Positions 1 through 10,202 of a stretch of 64,000 nt of DNA are shown one piece after another. The DNA is from an uncultured delta proteobacterium (GTDB lineage: Bacteria; Desulfobacterota; Binatia; UBA9968). The DNA lies in assembly GCA_963816145.1 (NCBI GenBank), contig CAWFJP010000031.1, positions 224,001 to 288,000 on the forward strand. Reading direction: 5' to 3'. Every line of letters starts with the position of its first letter. The first letter of the stretch is position 1. The notes beneath the pieces were generated by a model. The model was not told the DNA's origin, did not search any database, and worked only from the letters and a program-made list of their open reading frames with translations. The translations under genes and the position numbers were made by a program.

Positions 1-249
1 ATAAGTACCGACATCCATTTTTGCCGCTTCCTCGTCCGTCACGTCGGGGAGCATTGGACGCATGTCGTCCAGACTGTTGTACGTGAAGCGAAAGCCGCCG
101 CCGGAAAATCGCGTGTTGCCCCCGCGTGCCGGTTTGGGACATTTGTCCAAAAGCAGCACGCGCGTTTCCCGTTGTCGTGCCGCCAGAGCCGCCGTCAATC
201 CAGCATTGCCCGCGCCGACCACGATCACGTCGTAAATCTCTCCTGCCAT
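1..249 (-). CDS. tcuA: FAD-dependent tricarballylate dehydrogenase TcuA-like flavoprotein, N-terminal part (runs off the window edge)
   Basis: Manual translation from ATG at 249: MAGEIYDVIVVGAGNAGLTAALAARQRETRVLLLDKCPKPARGGNTRFSGGGFRF. Has the GxGxAG FAD motif and the RGGNTRF motif of the TcuA/flavocytochrome c family. Not in the ORF track. Confidence 0.75.
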   Translation of the reverse strand, partial: MAGEIYDVIVVGAGNAGLTAALAARQRETRVLLLDKCPKPARGGNTRFSGGGFRFTYNSLDDMRPMLPDVTDEEAAKMDVGTY

Positions 250-394
250 ACTTATTCAATCTCCTCGCTGACTCAAGCCGTTACCGGGGTGAAACTAAAG
301 GGTCTTTACATTGGGGGAAACGCCCGGCGGCCGACTTTTGCTTCTAGAGGTTCTTGCTTTTTGTTCCGTTCACCCCGCGCAGGCACTTTTGAAT

Positions 395-1600
395 TCAACT
401 CCATAGCTTCTTGCTCGCAATCGCCGCGCCTTCGCGCAGCGCGCGCAGCTTGGCCCAAGCGATCTGGGGATGGACGCGGCCGCCCAGGCCGCAGTCGGTG
501 CCGGCGATAACGTTTTCTTGGCCGACGAGATCAGCGAACGCGATGATGCGGTCGGCGACCAGTTCCGGGTGCTCGACGAGATCGGTGGAGTGGCTGACGA
601 CGCCGGGGATGAGAATTTTTCCGGCGGGCAGCTTCATATCGCGCCAGACTTTGTATTCATGTTCGTGGCGGACGTTGCCGGCTTCGACCAGGTACGCCTG
701 GGCGTTGACCCTGAGCATGATATCGACGATGTCGCGCAGCGGGAAATCGGTGGTGTGCGGACCATGCCAGCTGCCCCAACAAATGTGAAAGCGCACGCGC
801 TCCGTTGGGATTCCTTGGAGCGCGTGATTCAAGATCTCGACGCGCTGTGATGCGTAACGCCTGTACTCCGCGACGTTCGGCTGGGGATCGAGCATGTCCC
901 AGGCGCCGGGCAAGCCGGGGTCGTCGAGCTGCAAGATAAATCCCGCGTCGATGATCGCGCGATATTCTTCGCGCAGCGCCGCGGCGATCGCCTCTAAGAA
1001 CTTCTCCGTTGTCGGGTAGTAGCAGTTCTGATCGCGGCAGAACATCTCCAGGCTGCCGGGGGCGATGGCGCTGACGAATGCTTCGTCGATGCCTGCCGCA
1101 TTGGCGGCTAACTTCAAGTTCACAAGCTGATCGTGCAAAAAAGTTTGCCCAGTGTAGGCGATGGGCCCAGTGCACGTCGGTCGCATGGCGGCGGTGCTCG
1201 GTGCCCCGAGGCCGGTGTCGGCGTAGAATTCAGCGAACTCGCGCTGCTCCCAGCGCACGCCGACGATGCGCATCGCTGCTCCAGGCGCAGCGGTGTCGGG
1301 GGCGATGGTCTGCGCCGAAGTTGCCGTGAAGCCGGAGAGGCGGTCGAAAATGTAGTTGCCCCAAGCGCCGCGGTCGGTGGCCGCACGCATGGGCTTGCCG
1401 AACTCGCCGTCGTTGGGAATATCGATGCCGGCGCTTTTCTGCGCGACCACGACCTCGCCGATAGCGGAGCGCAGCCGCGTTTGCAGTGCGGCTTCGTCCT
1501 CAGGCGCGCTGGATTTCTTCGCCCACATGACGCGCAGGTCGGCCGGCCGCGGCAGACTGCCGACGTGGGTGGTGAGAATTCGTTCCGTGCTTCGTTTCAT
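395..1600 (-). CDS. Cobalamin-independent methionine synthase II family protein (short MetE-like / epoxyalkane:CoM transferase-like)
   Basis: TTHVGSLPRP N-terminus, NDGEFGK, LQLDDP, Zn ligands HICWG and GTDCG; single barrel only (401 aa). Confidence 0.9.
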   Translation of the reverse strand: MKRSTERILTTHVGSLPRPADLRVMWAKKSSAPEDEAALQTRLRSAIGEVVVAQKSAGIDIPNDGEFGKPMRAATDRGAWGNYIFDRLSGFTATSAQTIAPDTAAPGAAMRIVGVRWEQREFAEFYADTGLGAPSTAAMRPTCTGPIAYTGQTFLHDQLVNLKLAANAAGIDEAFVSAIAPGSLEMFCRDQNCYYPTTEKFLEAIAAALREEYRAIIDAGFILQLDDPGLPGAWDMLDPQPNVAEYRRYASQRVEILNHALQGIPTERVRFHICWGSWHGPHTTDFPLRDIVDIMLRVNAQAYLVEAGNVRHEHEYKVWRDMKLPAGKILIPGVVSHSTDLVEHPELVADRIIAFADLVGQENVIAGTDCGLGGRVHPQIAWAKLRALREGAAIASKKLWS

Positions 1601-1814
1601 AGGCGCTGCCTCGCGGCTGTTTATCTGTAAACTTGGCCAAAGATGTTGGCCGAGGAACCGGTTATGTTTCCAGCAATCGAACCCTTGCGCGATCTGGACC
1701 GCTTTGCGAAACCTACATATCCTATTGACTCAAAGTTGGTTGACGGTCAACAAGCGACGGCGCCAATGAAGCAGAGAATGAAGCAGAGGATTTGACTTTG
1801 AGAACCCGACTATT

Positions 1815-1936
1815 TTGCAATTCGGAAAAGGAGAGCACTCATTGATGCACTCGGTCGCGGCGCAATCCAGAAACTCGTGCGCGAAGATTCCGAATTCCAA
1901 AAAGGCGTCGAACTCGGCTTTTACGAACACCGGCAA
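1815..1936 (-). pseudogene. Degraded IS91-family (rolling-circle) transposase fragment, Zn-binding region
   Basis: Reads LPVFVKAEFDAFLEFGIFAHEFL followed by decayed Cys-containing sequence; resembles the conserved LPxFVxxEFxAFLxCGILAHGFLRLRC segment of IS91/ISCR-like transposases. Confidence 0.6.
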
Positions 1937-1982
1937 GGTCAGACCAATCGACGGATTGTTGAGCGGGGATTGAACCCCACTC

Positions 1983-2017
1983 AAGACCAAAGGGGATGTT
2001 TAATCCCCTTTGGTCTT
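1983..2017. terminator. Perfect 15-bp hairpin downstream of the nitroreductase gene
   Basis: aagaccaaaggggat-gttta-atcccctttggtctt. Confidence 0.6.
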
Positions 2018-2080
2018 CTCGGTAATTTTGTACCTACCTCAAAAGTCAGGGTTTACTGATAATTTACTCAGGTGAGATTT

Positions 2081-2677
2081 TCACGCCTCGGTGTACCAGG
2101 TGGTGTGGCGATCGACTGGAAGGCGCTTGGCCATGGTCGCCTGTTCGGAGTAGCCCAAGAATATACACGCCACCGGCCGCTCTTTCTCTGTGAGTCCGAG
2201 GACTGGGCCAACGAAGTTTTGGTCGATCCAGTCGCCGGTGCTGGGATAGCTGCCCAGGCCGCGCGCGTTGGCGGCGACCAGCAGGTTCTCGATCGCGCAC
2301 CAGCAGGCGGCGTAGTTCTCCTGGTCGGTGATTTTTTTTTCATCGCCGACCATGGAAACGATGATCAGGACCGGGGACGAGAAACATTTATCCCGAGCAA
2401 ATTTGAGCGCTTCTTCGCTCGCCTGCTCGCCCTTTTTCTCCGCGGACCAACGCACTGCCGCCTGCCGAGCTCCGACCAATTTCTCGCGCCCCGCTCCGGA
2501 GAACACGTGGAAACGCCAGGGATGGGTCAATTTGTGGTTGGGCGCCCAGTGGGCGGCGTCGAGCAGCTCTTCGATCCACTCCCGAGGAATCTCGGTCTGA
2601 AGGTACTCCTTCACCGAGCGGCGCGTCTTGATTGCAGTGAGCGCATCAGCGATGGGGCGCTCCGTTGTGATTGACAT
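2081..2677 (-). CDS. Nitroreductase family protein (YdjA-like)
   Basis: TRRSVK, WAPNHKLTHPWRF, AIENLLVAANARGLGS; RBS ggagg upstream. Confidence 0.9.
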   Translation of the reverse strand: MSITTERPIADALTAIKTRRSVKEYLQTEIPREWIEELLDAAHWAPNHKLTHPWRFHVFSGAGREKLVGARQAAVRWSAEKKGEQASEEALKFARDKCFSSPVLIIVSMVGDEKKITDQENYAACWCAIENLLVAANARGLGSYPSTGDWIDQNFVGPVLGLTEKERPVACIFLGYSEQATMAKRLPVDRHTTWYTEA

Positions 2678-2896
2678 GATCCGACCTCCTAAGTCTTGTA
2701 CAAATTATAGGTGTTAGAAATTTAAGCCAACTTTATTTCTGGTTCGAGGAATATCCCTGGATCAGGGAGTTGTCAAACTAGGGCTCAGGGACTTTTATAA
2801 CCTGCCTATCTGGCAAATCAAGTTTCCGCGTCAGGTCGTCCAGCGGCATATTCCGGGCGATTGCACGTCGCCAACTGAAAATAGACTCCCACCGCA

Positions 2897-2957
2897 TTTT
2901 TAGGTTTCGTTTGGCGATTTTTCCGGCCTCGTCGCGATCCATGATCATCGGTGTGTC
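2897..2957 (-). pseudogene. Short scar of a class II aldolase paralog (C-terminal part)
   Basis: Reads TPMIMDRDEAGKIAKRNLK versus APMFMERDEAEKIAKRTFK in the intact gene at 34599-35261; nucleotide similarity is also visible. Confidence 0.6.
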
Positions 2958-3077
2958 GCTATGCCGATTCGTCTAAAAACAGTTTGAGAATACAAACTTT
3001 GCCGATCGACTTCGCAAAAAATCGCGCTTTGGCTGTGGGAATTATGCCAATGGCTGGCCCCGACTGTCTTTTGGTTC

Positions 3078-4640
3078 TTATAGACTGATCTTGAGCCTGT
3101 CAGAGAAGTAACGTGACAGTGCCGTCGGGTCGAAATGAACCCCGCAAAGTCCGACATGACCGTCGGGACGCAGGAGGTAAAATGAGGGCTGAGGGATTTG
3201 CGCGCGTGCAAGTTCCCGGTCGTTGGCTGGATCGTTCGGAACGCTGTGGATGCGCAAGAGGTCGCCGAGGTCGGGCATGCCGGCTGGTGGCGTTTGCCCG
3301 AACCGCAGCAAGGTGAATCGCGTGTCGTCGAGTTTACCGAACAGGTCTTCGGTGGGGCCATTGGGCATGAGCTTGAGCCGCAGCCACGGAAAACGATCGC
3401 CAGCATGGGGTGCTGTCTTAGGCAGGCCCGGCAGTGTTTCCGACAATGTGCTGTCGGGGTAGCGAATGCCGATTTGCGAGATGGTGCGAAAGGCCAGCTT
3501 GCGAATTCTGGCGAAGCCCATCGCGAAGGCTACCATCCTCGCCATGATTCTCGTGCGAAACAGTCCGGCTAGCCGACTGTCTGAGACGATCAGCGAAAAC
3601 ATCCGGTCGGTCGTGCTCAGCAGTCGCTCAGCAACCGGGATGCGTTCTTCCTCGTAGGAGTCGAGCAGCCCTGCGCCCGCGCGTCCCGAGACGACAAGGG
3701 CCAACTTCCACGCCAAGTTGTAAGCATCCTGCAGGCCCGTGTTCATGCCTTGGGCGCCCACTGGGCTGTGAATGTGCGCTGCGTCACCCAATAGAAAGCA
3801 GCGGCGATCGCGAAAGCGTTCGGCGCGCCGGTGATGGATGCGATAGGTGGAGAACCAGCTGCACGTTTTGAATGACAGCTCGGTCCCCGCTTCCTGGTGC
3901 AGCGAGGGAATTACTTCTTCGAATGTCAGATTGTCGTTATGCCGCAAGCTTGGCGGCAGAATACCGACGAGCCGCCAGTGATCAGTGCCGCGCATCGGAA
4001 AGAACAGGTGAAATCCTTCGCGCCACAGATAAACATTGAGTTCCTCCGGCACCATCGGTCCGGTCGCTTGGGTATCGGCGACGAAGAACACATGCTCGTA
4101 AGGCGCGCCCTGAAATGCGATGCCGTTCAGATCGCGCACCGCGCTGTGAGCGCCGTCGCAGCCGGCCATCCAAGTCGCTGTGACTTTACGAATGCTGCCG
4201 TCCGCTTGCTTGAGTGTCGCCGAGACCTGATTGGTTTCCTGCTGAAGGCCAATCAGTTCGGTGTTCCACTGAATCGTCATCCCTGAGTTCAGCAGGGCGT
4301 CGCTCAGAAGCCGTTCGTTGTCGTCCTGTCCCAGGATCAGGACAAAAGGGTAGGGACTCAGATCGCGTCCAATGTCCCCTACCGGGACTCGCGCCGTCCG
4401 CCGCCCTTGCGCCCACAACTCGGCAGCTACGGTGCGTTTACCAAGCGCGAGCGCCTGATCGACGATACCCAGGTGGGAGTAGATTTCCAGCGTGCGCGCC
4501 TGCACGCCGAGCGCTCTGGTCTGGAGAGTCGGACCTGAGTGTCGGTCGATGATCAGCGCTTGCATACCGCGCCGCGCCAGTTGATTGGCGAGCATCAGCC
4601 CAGTCGGGCCGGCGCCGATGACGAGAACATCCGTATCCAT
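3078..4640 (-). CDS. FAD-dependent monooxygenase (PheA/TfdB/pentachlorophenol hydroxylase-like, FAD_binding_3)
   Basis: MDTDVLVIGAGPTGL, GCDGAHSAVR, GDAAHIHSPVGAQGMNTGLQDAYNLAWKL, LLRPDGHV; start placed at 4640. Confidence 0.92.
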   Translation of the reverse strand: MDTDVLVIGAGPTGLMLANQLARRGMQALIIDRHSGPTLQTRALGVQARTLEIYSHLGIVDQALALGKRTVAAELWAQGRRTARVPVGDIGRDLSPYPFVLILGQDDNERLLSDALLNSGMTIQWNTELIGLQQETNQVSATLKQADGSIRKVTATWMAGCDGAHSAVRDLNGIAFQGAPYEHVFFVADTQATGPMVPEELNVYLWREGFHLFFPMRGTDHWRLVGILPPSLRHNDNLTFEEVIPSLHQEAGTELSFKTCSWFSTYRIHHRRAERFRDRRCFLLGDAAHIHSPVGAQGMNTGLQDAYNLAWKLALVVSGRAGAGLLDSYEEERIPVAERLLSTTDRMFSLIVSDSRLAGLFRTRIMARMVAFAMGFARIRKLAFRTISQIGIRYPDSTLSETLPGLPKTAPHAGDRFPWLRLKLMPNGPTEDLFGKLDDTRFTLLRFGQTPPAGMPDLGDLLRIHSVPNDPANDRELARAQIPQPSFYLLRPDGHVGLCGVHFDPTALSRYFSDRLKISL

Positions 4641-4890
4641 GGGACACCTTGTGAACAAAAATGCTAGATATCGAATCGATCTTATCGCCGCACCGCGAGA
4701 CACAGCGTGCGATCGAAATTTCATTTCGCATGATTCCCTGGCCAAGGCAAATTCGTTTTACCGCGGTTGGTTGACTGTCGATCGACTTGCACTCCTTCGT
4801 CATTGACTGGGGCGACCGCATTCGTGTAGCTAGGACCAACGACATGGGTATGGTTCGGAGTGATTTCGTTTCGGGTGCATGGATGCGGAT

Positions 4891-4957
4891 AGATTTCTCG
4901 CTTTGCTCGAAATGACGGATTTAGGAGCGCTGTCATCCCGAACGTAGAGAGGGATCT
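4891..4957. repeat. REP-like inverted pair (GTCATYYCGARC...GAGRRATCT family)
   Basis: agatttctcgctttgctcgaaatgac ... gtcatcccgaacgtagagagggatct form an imperfect hairpin with G-U pairs. Confidence 0.65.
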
Positions 4958-5055
4958 CGCCACCCTGAAACACCACCAGGGCATGGGTTTTATCCGTTCT
5001 AATCTGCTTTAGCTGGGAGGAAGCTGCTATGCGGCAAGATCGCCGTTTGTACCGG

Positions 5056-5657
5056 TGGGCCGGCGTCATCAATCGATTGGACGGAGACTTCGTGGCGTCG
5101 ACGAAAATTTTGACGCCTGCCGATCTCAAAGGGAAAAATCTCGGCGTCCAGAGCATCGGCGGCGGCATCTGGACATTTTCGATGCTGGCGCTCGATCACT
5201 GGGGTCTGGTGCCCGAGCGCGACAAGATTCAGTTTCGCATCCTCGGCGATCAGTCGGTGATCGCCCAGGGGCTGGTCGCCGGCACCGTCGATGCCGCCTA
5301 TCTCGGCTACACCTTCAGCAAGACCGTGCAGCGTAATGGCTTTCACGTTCTTCAAGACTTCGCCAATATCGATATTCCGTGCCAAGGTATCGGCGTCGTC
5401 GCGCGCAAAAGTTTTTTAGATCAGTCCCCCGATATCGCCGAGCGGACGCTCAAATCCTTGAGCGCTCGATCGCCTACTATCAGGACCCGGCTAATAAACA
5501 AACTATCGTGGCGATCATGTCGAAGTGGCTGCGTCTGCAAAGAAGCCAAGATGCGGCGGCGGCGGGGTTCGATCCCAAGTTCGGCCGCATGAAGGCGGAG
5601 ACACTCGTCGACGAACGGATCGTGCGCAAGCTCGAACGGGAAGGTGTTTTCAAATGA
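5056..5657 (+). pseudogene. ABC substrate-binding protein (NMT1/SsuA-like) pseudogene: 5' truncated, frameshifted, internally deleted
   Basis: Aligns by eye to the paralog at 8926-9921 (TPADLKGK, WGLVPERD, LGDQ). No signal peptide or N-terminus, frame change near 5461, about 25 codons missing before FDPKFGRMKAETLVD. Confidence 0.8.
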
Positions 5658-5822
5658 TCGACGCAATCGCCGAGGTTGCGAGCGTGCTAACCACAACAGT
5701 CTCGCGCAGGTGCGCTTACTATCGGTACAGATAGCCAGGTGAAACGGGAGATCGAAGATTTATACTGCCAAAATGGAGGGTAGGGGGGCTCGACTGCAGA
5801 ATCCTCGATCGCGATCGTCGCT

Positions 5823-7499
5823 TCACCGGGAACCGATTTCAAATGCGTAGTCTCCAGTCGCCGGGTTGCGCGGGTTACCCACGGTCAAGGTGTAGGTGCC
5901 GCCTTTGGTCAAGGTCTGGACTCCCGGCTCGCTGCATGCGAGGCAGGCATTGAAAACTTCCATGCCATTGTCGTCGACCAGGCGCCAGTTGATATATTCC
6001 ATTCCCTTGGCGCGATCTAAAAGATGAAGGTAAACTTTCTGACCGGGCGCGGCGCTGAACGTGTATATGTCCTCAGCGCCCGGAGCTTCGATCCGGCCCG
6101 CTCCAGCTGACGGCATTCCCGGTTTGATCTTGTCGCCGATTTTGATCGGCAGGCGGTCAGGCAGCGGAATATTGTACAGCTGCAGGCGATAGGTCCCGGT
6201 CGAAGGATCTTTTTGATTCCCTACCGTCAAGGTATAAGTGCCGCCGCGCACCAACAATTGAGCGCCAGGTTCGCTGCAACCCAGGCAGCTGTCGAACAGC
6301 TCCATGCCATTGTCATCGACCAGCTTCCATTTGACGTAGGATAGCCCGGTGCTGAATTCCCAGACGCGGAAGTAAACGTTCTGCCGAGGCGCCGCGTTGA
6401 AAGTGTAGACATTTTCCGCGCCGGGGCTCTCTACGACGCCGGCGCCCGCGCCGGGCACCGCTTCTTTGATCGCATCGCCGATCTTGATCGAAAACTGTTT
6501 GGGCTCGGGCACGGCGAACAATTGCAGCTCATAGGTTCCAGTGCTGGGATCGTTGTCGCCGGCTACGGTGAGCGTATAGTTGCCGCCTTTGGTGAGGATT
6601 TGCACGCCGGGATCGCTACAGCCGAGGCAGGTTTTAAATACTTCGGTGCCGTCCGTGTCGGTCAATCCCCATTTGATGTATGACATGCCCGTGCTATGGC
6701 GCAGTTGGCGGAAGTAAACCCGCTGCTTGGGCGCGGCGTTAAAGGTGTAAACATCCTGGTTATAAGGTGACTCGATAGTTCCCGCACCCGGGCCGGGAAT
6801 TCCGTCGGCGATTTTGTCGCCGAGCTTGATTGCGAACGCGCCCTGGGTCGTGATCGCTTTGCCGGCGCCGGCCGGCGGTGTGGCGGTCGTCGACGGGGAG
6901 CTAGCGGGTTGCGAGTTTCCTGCCGGATCATTTGACGAACTTTGCGGCGGGGCGGCTTTTTGAAATGAGTTCTTTACCGCGAAGGCGCCGGCAATCACAA
7001 TCACGACTGCGGCAACGGCGATCAACAAGCGACGATTGGTTAGCGACGCGGGAGCGTGGCGGGGCGCTTTTTCGCTCCCCGGAGACAGCAGTGGCTGCGG
7101 CGGTTCTGGCTGCCCAAGCAGTCGCCGGACCGCCTGAATGAGCGGCGCGAACTCGGGCGCTGCCGGATCGCCTTGCCAGTTCATCAGCTTGGCGGTCTGG
7201 ATGCGTTTGAACTCGAAGGGAATCGCCACGTCTTCGATCAACACCGGTATGAGGCGTTCCCGATCGACGGCGGCCGCCGCTTCGGTTTTCACCCACCTCG
7301 ATTGCACCGCATCCCTCGACCACAAAACGATGACGCAACGCGCCGCCTTCAACTCTTCCTCGATGACCTGATCGAAGGCCTTGCCGAGCGGGATCTCGCG
7401 ATCCCACCACACCGTCCAGCCGAGGGATTCCAGGGCATCGGCATATTTCTGCGCCGTCGCCCGGTCCGCACTGCCGTAACTGATGAAAATATCGTTCAT
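5823..7499 (-). CDS. TIR-domain membrane protein with three 114-aa PPC-like beta-sandwich repeats, each with CxxC
   Basis: N-terminal TIR_2 (DIFISY, VWWDREI, VIVLWS, SRWVKTEA), hydrophobic helix LLIAVAAVVIVIAGAFAV, low-complexity linker, repeats starting at 6836, 6494 and 6152 (342-nt period). Confidence 0.88.
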   Translation of the reverse strand: MNDIFISYGSADRATAQKYADALESLGWTVWWDREIPLGKAFDQVIEEELKAARCVIVLWSRDAVQSRWVKTEAAAAVDRERLIPVLIEDVAIPFEFKRIQTAKLMNWQGDPAAPEFAPLIQAVRRLLGQPEPPQPLLSPGSEKAPRHAPASLTNRRLLIAVAAVVIVIAGAFAVKNSFQKAAPPQSSSNDPAGNSQPASSPSTTATPPAGAGKAITTQGAFAIKLGDKIADGIPGPGAGTIESPYNQDVYTFNAAPKQRVYFRQLRHSTGMSYIKWGLTDTDGTEVFKTCLGCSDPGVQILTKGGNYTLTVAGDNDPSTGTYELQLFAVPEPKQFSIKIGDAIKEAVPGAGAGVVESPGAENVYTFNAAPRQNVYFRVWEFSTGLSYVKWKLVDDNGMELFDSCLGCSEPGAQLLVRGGTYTLTVGNQKDPSTGTYRLQLYNIPLPDRLPIKIGDKIKPGMPSAGAGRIEAPGAEDIYTFSAAPGQKVYLHLLDRAKGMEYINWRLVDDNGMEVFNACLACSEPGVQTLTKGGTYTLTVGNPRNPATGDYAFEIGSR

Positions 7500-7765
7500 A
7501 GGTTCGCTTCAGGATCGTGCTATGGAATCGGGCGTGGATTGATTATTAATCCGGCAGTGTGTCGATTAATAAGCAGCGCCCTGCGAGTTGTCGGCAAAGT
7601 ATTGGCAACCGGCATCGAGAGAAAATGTACGCTGCGGGTTATAGCTTGTAAAGGTTTGAGACTGACGCCGGTCCTCGATCCGCCGCATTGGTAAAATATC
7701 GCCCTTGACCGGCTATCGGCCGCGCAATAAAAATGAATCCATCTGGTCGGTCGGCTGGAGTATCC

Positions 7766-8316
7766 ATGTCGCAACCCAATCGATTCATCTTGACGATCGC
7801 GCTCGCACTGTTCCGCTGCCTGGAGGATTCATCCGACAACGTCGGTCACGTCGCCGAAGCGAAGCCGGCCTGGCAAATGGAATGGGACAAGACCGTCAAA
7901 GCCGCGGAAGAAGAAGGCGCGGTGGCGCTGTTCATCACTGGAGCCTTCGAGCCGGTGTTTCGCGAAGCGTTTCAAAAGAAATTTCCCGAGATCAAAGCGA
8001 CCCTGGTCACCGGGCGCGACCCTACAACGGCACATTGAGCTATTTCAATCGCGCGCCCCATCCCAATGCCGCCAAGGTCGCGGCCAACTGGCTCCTATCG
8101 CGCGACGGACAGGGCGCCTGGCTCGATGCCAATCAAAAGAGCGACGGGCTCTACGATTCCTTGCGCGATGACATTGCCAAGGACAAAGTCAGCGAACGCG
8201 CGCGGCGCGTCAAGGGCGCCAAGTTTCTCTGGCTCGATCCGGCATGGATCGGCGACCTCGATGTGATCCGGGACATCATCAAGAAAGCTCTTGCCAGTAG
8301 GGGCAAGGGGAAATGA
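7766..8316 (+). pseudogene. Extracellular solute-binding protein pseudogene with a large internal deletion
   Basis: N-part (EWDKTVKAAEEEGAV...LVTGR) joins out of frame near 8020 to the C-part (NRAPHPNAAKVAANWLLSRDGQ); about 195 codons absent relative to the paralog at 38109-39239. Confidence 0.8.
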
Positions 8317-8493
8317 AGACCGAATGCCACAACTCCGATGGCAATCTGGTGCAGGTGGCAGAGTCTGTCAACGACGCGAGAGCGGTAAGTAGATTACGAA
8401 CGCCTGACACTAAGGCGCGTTCCCGGATCAGAGATAGCCCGCGTCGTCGTGCCGCATGAGTGCCGCCGCTCCACACGAATCTCGATAAATCAG

Positions 8494-8703
8494 CTAGTCG
8501 TCCAGGCGAAATCCCAGTTTGATCGTCACCTGCCAGTAGTCGACTTTGTTATTGGCGACGTAACCGCGCGTGTCGACCACTTGAAACCAGTGGATATTGT
8601 GGAGCGTCTTGCCCGCCTTGGTGATGGCGTTTTGAACGGCGTCTTCCATAGAAGTGTGAGAAGAGCCGGTGAGTTCGACCTGCTTGTAAGTATGATCATC
8701 CAT
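8494..8703 (-). CDS. Dodecin (flavin-binding protein)
   Basis: HTYKQVELTGSS...AITKAGKTLHNIHWFQVVDTRG...WQVTIKLGFRLD, 69 aa; RBS ggagg. Confidence 0.93.
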   Translation of the reverse strand: MDDHTYKQVELTGSSHTSMEDAVQNAITKAGKTLHNIHWFQVVDTRGYVANNKVDYWQVTIKLGFRLDD

Positions 8704-8925
8704 TGGAGCCTCCGTTTAGATTAAGTTCGGAACAAGCCCGTTTGCATAACCAAGGTCTTCCGCTACCAATTATTCAAGCATGGCAGAATGGTGAGTCAAG
8801 CTGAAGAACGAGATTGTTGTGCGCTGAATGTTAGCACCGATGGAGCGGTCTTCCGGCGGCAAGATTGTTGAAACTGCGCCGCTTGACCTCAGCACCCATT
8901 CTTTAACGAGCTCGACTGCCATGCG

Positions 8926-9921
8926 CTAAAACCGGCCTTCTTTTTCCAGCTTCTTCACCGAGCTGTCGTTGACCAGTTCTTCGGCTTTCAAGCGGCGAAT
9001 CTTTTCGTTGTTTTTGCCGAGCAGGCGAATGACGTTCCGGATGCCGTCGACGCTCGGATAGATTTTTTTCTCATAGAGCCCGAGCATGATCTGATAGCCT
9101 TCCTCGGCTTCCTCGACACGCCTGAGGCGCAGTCCTTTGGCGAGACTCTTCATCACCGCCGTCTTGTTCGCCGGGTCGCGAATAAAGGCGAGACTGTCGA
9201 GCAGTCCGCGCAGCACGTTTTCGACGATCGCCGGCGACGACACAGCAAAGCTGCGCCGCGCCATGATTCCCGATCCCTGATAAGGGATCGGCAGCTTTTC
9301 GACGTCGGCGAGGATACGAAAGCCTTTGCTCTCGAGCGCTTTGCCATATGTATAGCCCAAGAAAGCCGCGTCGACGGCGCCGGCGGACAGCCCTTGCGCG
9401 ATCACTCCTTGGTCGCCGAGCGCGCGGAACTGAATGTTGTCGCGCTCGGGCACCAGGCCCCAGTAATCCAACGTCAGCATCGCGAAGATCCACGCGCCGC
9501 CGCTCAAACCGTTGACGCCGATGCTCTTACCCTTCAAGTCCACCGGAGTTTTAATCTTGGGATTGACGACGAAGGCGCCGGTCAGCTTGTTGATAAAGCC
9601 GGCGAGAAAAACCAGATCGGTTCCTTCGGCGATGGCACCGATGTTGGCCGCCGATACCGAGCCCCAGTGGACCTGCGATTCTCCGGAGCTCACCGCGGCG
9701 ATGCCGACCGCGCCGTTGCGCACCTGTACGAGGGTAAGATCGAGCCCATGCTTGCGGAACAATCCTTGATCCTGGGCGACATAAACCACGCCCTCCCGTT
9801 CGCTGATCGCGCCGATGGTCATTACCACCTTGGTCAGCGGCGTGGCGATTTGCGCCATTGAATCGTCGGGAACCGTTAGAAAGATCAGGAGAGTAACCAA
9901 GACGACCCGATGAAGATTCAT
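8926..9921 (-). CDS. ABC transporter substrate-binding protein (NMT1/SsuA-like)
   Basis: Signal peptide, YVAQDQGLFRKHGLD, DLKGKSIGV; start placed at MNLHRVV. Confidence 0.85.
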   Translation of the reverse strand: MNLHRVVLVTLLIFLTVPDDSMAQIATPLTKVVMTIGAISEREGVVYVAQDQGLFRKHGLDLTLVQVRNGAVGIAAVSSGESQVHWGSVSAANIGAIAEGTDLVFLAGFINKLTGAFVVNPKIKTPVDLKGKSIGVNGLSGGAWIFAMLTLDYWGLVPERDNIQFRALGDQGVIAQGLSAGAVDAAFLGYTYGKALESKGFRILADVEKLPIPYQGSGIMARRSFAVSSPAIVENVLRGLLDSLAFIRDPANKTAVMKSLAKGLRLRRVEEAEEGYQIMLGLYEKKIYPSVDGIRNVIRLLGKNNEKIRRLKAEELVNDSSVKKLEKEGRF

Positions 9922-10202
9922 GCTTGCAGGACTCCTAGCGCATTTGTTTGCCGGCAAATTAGGCCTACGAATGCCATATCGGCATCCGCTGAAATTGGCA
10001 ACGCGCGCCATGACGAAATACGCTCGGCATCAACCATCCGGTGACAAAGCGCGCGACCCAATGAGATTGAGCAATCCTCCAACGTAACCTCATTAGAGTC
10101 TTTCAACCTATCGCCGCGTAAGTTATCTGTAGACGATTCGCAGCTGGCCGGCTGTTGTATTGCCGACGCGAGAGCCGGCCGGAGCATCGCGGTATTGAAC
10201 GG

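Noticed and set aside
1601-1810. Cobalamin or SAM riboswitch upstream of the MetE-like gene
   Set aside because: No B12-box or SAM-I/II consensus visible.
1955-1980. gtggggttcaatccccgc (minus strand) resembling a tRNA T-arm or att site
   Set aside because: Loop is 6 nt, and no acceptor, anticodon or D arms or CCA can be built around it.
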